Assembly (NCBI GenBank): GCA_963776345.1 | Contig: CAVZMH010000024.1 | Span: 32,001 to 96,000 of the forward strand | Source: an uncultured delta proteobacterium | GTDB lineage: Bacteria > Myxococcota > Myxococcia > Myxococcales > Myxococcaceae | Direction of reading: 5' to 3' | Length of the DNA: 64,000 nucleotides | Part shown: one piece after another, positions 58,798-64,000 of the stretch | How the letters are laid out: each line of letters starts with the position of its first letter | Position numbering within the stretch: position 1 is the stretch's first letter | Program-made: the position numbers and the translations under genes | Notes under the pieces: model-generated | What the model was told of the DNA's origin: nothing | The model's input: the letters and a program-made list of their open reading frames with translations, nothing else | Database searches by the model: none

Positions 58798-59262
58798 ATG
58801 TTCAACCTTGGCGCCGGCGAGATCGCCGTCATCATGATCGTCGCCCTGCTGCTGCTCGGCCCGGACAAGCTGCCGGAGCTGGCACGCGGGATCGGCAAGT
58901 TCGTGCGCGAGTTCCGGCGGCAGACGGACGACGTGCGCGGCCTGGTCGAGCGCGAATTCTACAAGATGGACCAGGAGGTCTTCACCGAGGACCCCGCGCA
59001 GGCCAAGCGCATCGAGCCGCCCGCGCCGGCCGAGCCCGTGCCCCCGCCCGCCGTCGGTCCGGAGGGCGAGCTGACCCCGCCGGCGTACCCGTCCATCTTC
59101 CCGCCGCCCGAGGGAGTCGTCGCCGCGTCCTCGGCCGGCCCCGCGCCCCTGACGCCGGAGGAGCCGCCGGCGCCCGCCACGCCCGTGGAGCCGGCCACGG
59201 CGCCGCCCTCCGAGCCCGTCGCCGCCGCGCATCCGGAGGGCGACCCCGCGCAGCATGGCTGA
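58798..59262 (+). CDS. tatB: Twin-arginine translocase subunit TatB
   Basis: MFNLGAGE..LGPDKLPELAR.IG; Pro-rich tail; directly upstream of tatC. Confidence 0.85.
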   Translation: MFNLGAGEIAVIMIVALLLLGPDKLPELARGIGKFVREFRRQTDDVRGLVEREFYKMDQEVFTEDPAQAKRIEPPAPAEPVPPPAVGPEGELTPPAYPSIFPPPEGVVAASSAGPAPLTPEEPPAPATPVEPATAPPSEPVAAAHPEGDPAQHG

Positions 59263-60484
59263 GGAGCCGATCCAGGCGCGGATGAGCCTCGCCGAGCATC
59301 TCGGCGAGCTACGCAAGCGGCTCCTCCGCGTGGTCATCGCCGTGCTGGTGCTCGGCGCGGCGGGCCTGGTGTTCGCCCGGCCCATCTTCGGCTTCCTGAT
59401 GAAGCCGGTGCTGGACGCGCTCCCGCCCGCGGACCGGAGCCTCATCTACACCTCGGGCATCGAGGAGCTGAACGTGTTGATGAAGGTCGGCCTGTACGCC
59501 GGCATCTTCCTCGCCACCCCCGTGCTCCTGGGGCAGGTCTGGGGCTTCGTCGCCCCGGGGCTCTACCCGCGCGAGCGGAAGTACGCCTTCCCCTTCGTGC
59601 TGCTCGGCTCGATCGCCTTCCTGCTCGGCGCGACGTTCTGCTACCTGGTGGTGCTGCCGACCATGTTCAATTTCCTGCTCTCCAGCGGGGAGACCGGGCC
59701 GATCAAGGCGCGGGTGGAGCGGGCGCGGGCGGTGGAGCTGGAGGCGCTGCGCTTCGCCCGTTCGGGTGATTTCGAGCGCGCCGCCAACCTGGCCGACGGT
59801 GAGGTCCAGCGGCTGACCGGCCTCGGCGACGGACGGGTGTCCACGCCCGACCGGTTTGCCGACGGGGTGGTGGAGCTGCAGGCCCGGCTCGAGGCCGAGG
59901 GGCGGCTGCTGGACTCGACCCGCGACGGACTCGGGCTGGGCGCCGCGCCGGCGCTCCGACAATCGCTGGAGAAGCGGATGGAGGCGGTGGACGCGTTCCA
60001 GTCCGGCTCGCTGGGGAAGGCGTCGGAGTCGCTGGAGCAGTCGGCCTCGCTGCTCGCCGGCGCCGCCGGGAGCCAGGGCTCCCAGGTGGCGAGGCTGTGG
60101 AAGATGCAGAAGACGCTCGCCGCAGGTCAGAGCTCGCTGGCCCAGGAGGCCTGGACCCGTCCGCTGCTCACCATGAGCGAGCAGCTGTCCCTGGTGCTGA
60201 TGCTCCTGCTCGCGCTCGGGGTGGTGTTCGAGCTGCCGCTGGTGATGGCCCTGCTCGCCGCGCTGGGTTTGGTGAAGGCGCGCTTCCTGATGAGGTACCA
60301 GCGGCACGCCATCGTGGTCTGCCTCATCCTCGCCGCGGTCATCACCCCGACGGGCGACCCCATCAACATGGGCATCCTCGCCGGGCCGATGCTGCTCTGC
60401 TACGAGGTGGGCGTGGTGGCCGCCTGGCTCATCGAGCGCCGGCGGACGCGGAACTCGGCGGAGACCGCGCTCACCCCCACCTGA
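59255..60484 (+). CDS. tatC: Twin-arginine translocase subunit TatC with internal insertion
   Basis: MSLAEHLGELRKRL, FVAPGLY..E, FELP, AAVITPTGD. Confidence 0.92.
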   Translation: MAEEPIQARMSLAEHLGELRKRLLRVVIAVLVLGAAGLVFARPIFGFLMKPVLDALPPADRSLIYTSGIEELNVLMKVGLYAGIFLATPVLLGQVWGFVAPGLYPRERKYAFPFVLLGSIAFLLGATFCYLVVLPTMFNFLLSSGETGPIKARVERARAVELEALRFARSGDFERAANLADGEVQRLTGLGDGRVSTPDRFADGVVELQARLEAEGRLLDSTRDGLGLGAAPALRQSLEKRMEAVDAFQSGSLGKASESLEQSASLLAGAAGSQGSQVARLWKMQKTLAAGQSSLAQEAWTRPLLTMSEQLSLVLMLLLALGVVFELPLVMALLAALGLVKARFLMRYQRHAIVVCLILAAVITPTGDPINMGILAGPMLLCYEVGVVAAWLIERRRTRNSAETALTPT

Positions 60485-62271
60485 GCCCCGGTCGCTCCGC
60501 GGCGGTCGACGCGCGTCGGCCGGCGCCGGCTCGCCCAGGCGACGACGGCGAGGAGGGCGAGCGCCCCGCCCGGTCCGCTTCCGGTGCTGCTGCAGCCCGA
60601 GGCCCGGGTGGCGACCACGGTGGTGCTCGCGTCGCGGGCGGCCGGCGCGGGGCTTCCGCCCGAGATGTGGAACGCGACCGACACCTGTGACGGTGCGCCG
60701 CTCCTCAGGGCGTAGCTGGCGATGACCGTCTTCACCGCTCCTGCGGCGAGGTCCCCCAGGGCGCAGGGAAGGCCCCCCGAGCAGTCGAGCGACGTCGACT
60801 CGAGCACCAGCGACGGGTCGGCGCTGGCATCGAGCACCACCCCGGTGGCGGGGGCGCTCCCGCGGTTGACGACCTGCACGATGAACCGGGGGGCCCGGCC
60901 GCCGCTGAAGTCCGGTCCGAGCGTCGTCGCGCCGATGCTCAGCCCGGTGGGTGGAGACCAGCCCACGTCCTGCAGCGCTGCCGGGGTGAGGTCCAGGGTC
61001 CGCGGCAGGTGAGGGTTGATGGTGGGCTCCATCAAGAGGGGAGGCGAGGCGCTGGAGTCCCAGTGCCCCACGCTCGAGCCGTCGGAGAAGGCGCTGGGGG
61101 TGTAGAGCAGCACGTCCCCGGCGAGGTTCTCGCCGGCGCGCCGCCCGTCTCCGTCGACCAGCACCGTGGCGCCGCCGGCGTCGAGCACCGCTTCGAGCGT
61201 CGCGCCGTCCTCGTAGGAGATGCCCCACACCGGGATGGTGAGGTCGGACCCGGCGTCGCCGGTGTACGAGACCGGTCCGGCGCCGGGCGCACCGTGGCGG
61301 ACCAGGAGACCCACCGCGCCGGCGGCCTGCGCGTTCAGCGCGCGCTGGGAGACGAAGCAGACCAGTCCGCCGTCGGGCCGGAGCGTGCGCTCGGCGAGCA
61401 CCAGCGCGCCGGGGACCGGGACGATGGGGGCGCAGGCATCGACCGCGCTGCCGCCATCGCTGTCCTGGGCGAGCACCAGCGGGGCGGTGAGGGTGACGTG
61501 ACCCGGTCCGAAGCGGGCGCGGGCGACGGGGAACGCCCCTCCGTCCGGGAGCCGGAGCACCCCGTCCGTCTTGTCCAGGATCGAGTCCTTGGTGGCCCGC
61601 ACCGCGGGGCCGATCCAGCTCACGCCCAGGGGCCGCCGGATGGCCGCGTCGTAGTCGGCCGTGGAGAGCTGGGAGAGGAGGACACCGCTCGTGTCGTCGA
61701 GGGCCTGGTCGCGGAACGCGGTCGCCGACTTGATGAAGCCGAGCCCGTGCGCGAGCTCGTGCATGAACACCGAGGGCAGGTCGGTCATCCCGGTGGGCGC
61801 GACGTTGTCCAGGCCGGTGTACCAGTGGGTGACCGCGCAATCGGACTGGCCCACGCGGGAGTTGAAGCGTGCGTCGATCTCCTCCCGCCCCGGGTCGAGG
61901 TCGCGCCCGGCGCGCTCGTTCGCCAGCGCCGCCGGGAAGCGGCTGCTGTCGTAGAGCGCGGTCGGCCCGGTCGCTCCGAGCACCGCGGTGCCGCCCGAGC
62001 AGTCGAGGTCGGTGAACTCGGTGCGGATGGAGATGGGGACCTGGTTGCCGAGCGTGGCCGACCAGAGCGCGGCGGCATACTGGGAAGCGATCAGCCGCTG
62101 TTCGCCGATGCTCGTCCCCGGGTTGCCGCCCACCGGGACGGTGGCCGTGCGGTCGTTCAGGCCCTCGCCCGAGCCGTTGGCGTTCACGATGCGGATCTCG
62201 GCTCCGCCCAGGGCCGCCGGACAGACGAGCAGGCACGCGAGCCCCAGCGCCCGGACGCGGCGAGCGGTCAT
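60400..62271 (-). CDS. Secreted HExxH metallopeptidase with PA domain, DUF11-like Ig domain and MYXO-CTERM-like tail (copy 2)
   Basis: VGGNPGTSIGEQR, HELAHGLGF, PA (NAQAAGAVG), SVGHWD, LLMEP, SGCSS...LALLAVVAWASRRR. Confidence 0.8.
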   Translation of the reverse strand: MTARRVRALGLACLLVCPAALGGAEIRIVNANGSGEGLNDRTATVPVGGNPGTSIGEQRLIASQYAAALWSATLGNQVPISIRTEFTDLDCSGGTAVLGATGPTALYDSSRFPAALANERAGRDLDPGREEIDARFNSRVGQSDCAVTHWYTGLDNVAPTGMTDLPSVFMHELAHGLGFIKSATAFRDQALDDTSGVLLSQLSTADYDAAIRRPLGVSWIGPAVRATKDSILDKTDGVLRLPDGGAFPVARARFGPGHVTLTAPLVLAQDSDGGSAVDACAPIVPVPGALVLAERTLRPDGGLVCFVSQRALNAQAAGAVGLLVRHGAPGAGPVSYTGDAGSDLTIPVWGISYEDGATLEAVLDAGGATVLVDGDGRRAGENLAGDVLLYTPSAFSDGSSVGHWDSSASPPLLMEPTINPHLPRTLDLTPAALQDVGWSPPTGLSIGATTLGPDFSGGRAPRFIVQVVNRGSAPATGVVLDASADPSLVLESTSLDCSGGLPCALGDLAAGAVKTVIASYALRSGAPSQVSVAFHISGGSPAPAARDASTTVVATRASGCSSTGSGPGGALALLAVVAWASRRRPTRVDRRGATGAQVGVSAVSAEFRVRRRSMSQAATTPTS

Positions 62272-62606
62272 CGCTCCTCGTCGGGCGGCCGGACCAGCGC
62301 CTCCGCTCCGTCCTCGCTGTCCACGCACCCGACCCGGAGGGTGCCGTCGGGCGCGAGGTACCCGAGCACCACCGCGGTTGGCCCTGGCGTCACCGCGGCG
62401 CCGGACGAGTCGCGGGCGGTCGGCGTGGACAGGGCGTTCCGGGCGAGGTGGGGACGCACCAGCGCCCGGGCGGTGGACCTGGCCGAGGGGCCGGACTCCG
62501 GGGCGCCGGTTCCGGGGCCGCAGCCCAGGATGGCCGAGGTTCCGAGAGCCAGGAGGACCCAGCACGCGCGGGGACGGAGGATCGGCAAGCGGCTTCCCAG
62601 CATCAT
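62268..62606 (-). CDS. Small lipoprotein partner of the PA peptidase (copy 2)
   Basis: Lipobox ILGC; VVLGYLAPDGTLRVGCVDS; ATGA overlap with the peptidase start. Confidence 0.6.
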   Translation of the reverse strand: MMLGSRLPILRPRACWVLLALGTSAILGCGPGTGAPESGPSARSTARALVRPHLARNALSTPTARDSSGAAVTPGPTAVVLGYLAPDGTLRVGCVDSEDGAEALVRPPDEER

Positions 62607-62665
62607 CGGGGGCCCCCCTTCCCGGCAAGGCGTGGTATCGATGCTGAACAGAGGGTGACGGCGCG

Positions 62666-62875
62666 ATGACGACGGATGGCGCGAAGACCTCGCGGGAGCG
62701 GGCGAAGGAGATCGCCGAGCAGCGGCGGGCCGAGCGGCGGCAGCGGAAGCGCCACTGCGTCCTGTGCGGCGTGGAGGAAACGGACCGGACCCCCCTCGGC
62801 CCTCACCCGGACGGCGTCGGTCCGTCGTGCCGCGAGGAGTCGGCCTGCGTCGCCCGCAGGGCACGCTCGCTGTAG
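62666..62875 (+). CDS. Small basic protein with a candidate zinc site
   Basis: Charged helix then CVLC...H.....C....C. Confidence 0.6.
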   Translation: MTTDGAKTSRERAKEIAEQRRAERRQRKRHCVLCGVEETDRTPLGPHPDGVGPSCREESACVARRARSL

Positions 62876-62927
62876 CTTTCCAATGCCGTTGCTCCCTCCG
62901 CGACATCGGAGGTAAGAAGAATCCCTC

Positions 62928-63140
62928 ATGGCCAGCGCCCCCTTCACCGGAGTGAAGGTGTTCTCGACGACGCTCGCCCGGGACCGGGAGACCATGGGTG
63001 ACAACATCACCAAGTGGCTCCGGGACAACCCCGGGGTCGAGGTGGTGGACCGCGTGGTGACCCAGAGCTCCGACAAGGAGTTCCACTGCCTGACCATCAC
63101 CCTGTTCTACCGGCACCGAGAGGCGGCTTCCCGGAGCTGA
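62928..63140 (+). CDS. Small hypothetical protein of myxobacterial type
   Basis: FTGVKVFSTTLARDRE..G..IT.WL...TQSSDKEFHCLTITLFY; strong codon bias. Confidence 0.75.
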   Translation: MASAPFTGVKVFSTTLARDRETMGDNITKWLRDNPGVEVVDRVVTQSSDKEFHCLTITLFYRHREAASRS

Positions 63141-63200
63141 TCGAACGCGGCGGGCGCGGGGGGGTTGCGCGCCGGCCCCGGGTCGGGGAGACCTCTGGGG

Positions 63201-63923
63201 ATGCGTCCCATGCGCCGGGGTTTCCGGCCCGTCCTTCCAGGTCTCCAGGGTGCCGCCGCGTGGCTCGCGGTCGCGCTCGTCGTCGGCTCGGTGGTCTTCG
63301 CGCTCACCCACGAGGGCGTGGGCGGCCTGCTTCTCCTCGTCCCCGGCGCGGTGCTCCGCGGGCTCCTCTGGCAGCCCCTCACCTACGGCTTCGTCGAGAA
63401 CTCGCCGATGGGCGTCATCTTCGGGGCGCTCATCGTCTGGCAGCTCGGCGGAGCGCTCGAGCAGACCTGGGGCTCCCGGCGGATGGCGCTGTTCGCGGTG
63501 GGCACCACGGTGCTCGCGGGCATCGGCACGGTCCTCCTCGCGCTCGCGGTTCCGGCGCTCCGCTCCCTCCCCTTCTCCGGCGGCTTCGTGATGGGCTCGG
63601 CGCTCTGGGTCGCGTACGGGCTCAGCTTCGGACGGCGGCAGACCAGCTTCTGGGGCCTGCCGGTGAGCGGGAACGTGTTCGCGCTGATCGGCGTGGGCTT
63701 CGTGTTCCTGAATGGGGCCTTCTCCAGCTTCTACCGGGTCCTCCCCGACGCCTTGGCGCTGCTGCTGACCTGGGCCTACTTGCGACTGGGTGGCCCGTCG
63801 GACTGGCTGCTCCGGCTCCAGGATTGGAGGCTGAAGCGGCAGCTCCGGTCCCGCAGCAAGCACCTGACGCTGGTCAGCCCTGACCGGAATACCCCGAGGG
63901 ATTCCGACCGTTTCATCCAGTGA
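63201..63923 (+). CDS. Rhomboid-like/DUF1751 membrane protein
   Basis: LWQPLTY, GGALEQTWGSRR, about 6 TMs; no clear GxSG/His dyad. Confidence 0.7.
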   Translation: MRPMRRGFRPVLPGLQGAAAWLAVALVVGSVVFALTHEGVGGLLLLVPGAVLRGLLWQPLTYGFVENSPMGVIFGALIVWQLGGALEQTWGSRRMALFAVGTTVLAGIGTVLLALAVPALRSLPFSGGFVMGSALWVAYGLSFGRRQTSFWGLPVSGNVFALIGVGFVFLNGAFSSFYRVLPDALALLLTWAYLRLGGPSDWLLRLQDWRLKRQLRSRSKHLTLVSPDRNTPRDSDRFIQ

Positions 63924-64000
63924 GACGGTCTGTTTCACGACGGAATCGTTGAATCACGCGCGCGGGGGAGGCATCCAACGGCCCGCGTCTCAGCTACCCC

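Noticed and set aside
1..64000. tRNA/rRNA genes, transposases, integrases, prophage or defence systems
   Set aside because: No recognisable motifs by eye; small RNAs and riboswitches cannot be excluded without an Infernal/Rfam scan

Overview
A very GC-rich, gene-dense bacterial chromosomal segment, most likely from the Myxococcota. The evidence is a TIGR04551-like barrel protein, two MYXO-CTERM-type sorting tails and small proteins typical of myxobacteria. It is mostly housekeeping: queG, Fe/Mn SOD, mutM, mce, lysA-dapA-dapB-folK, kdsD, a liv-type ABC operon, etfBA, an acyl-CoA synthetase, cax, an rluA-family gene, PBP1A, an HDAC, an MCP and tatBC. I found no rRNA, tRNA, CRISPR array, transposase or phage gene. 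About 13 apparent frameshifts in 7 otherwise intact genes look like consensus errors, so several ORF-track entries are artefacts. The most unusual observations are: (1) a ~900-aa protein joining a thiolase fold that lacks the nucleophilic Cys to a degenerate class III nucleotide-cyclase-like tail; (2) two paralogous cassettes of a small lipoprotein plus a PA-domain HExxH metallopeptidase with a MYXO-CTERM tail; (3) two AT-rich REP-doublet-like hairpins 30 kb apart; (4) a second palindromic repeat cluster at 41.3 kb; (5) an archaemetzincin-like lipoprotein lacking its catalytic residues; (6) an MBL nuclease ending in a beta-clamp motif; (7) TatC with a ~155-aa insertion; (8) a LysR gene divergent from an FLHGH micro-protein. 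All family calls come from reading motifs by eye; no searches were run.
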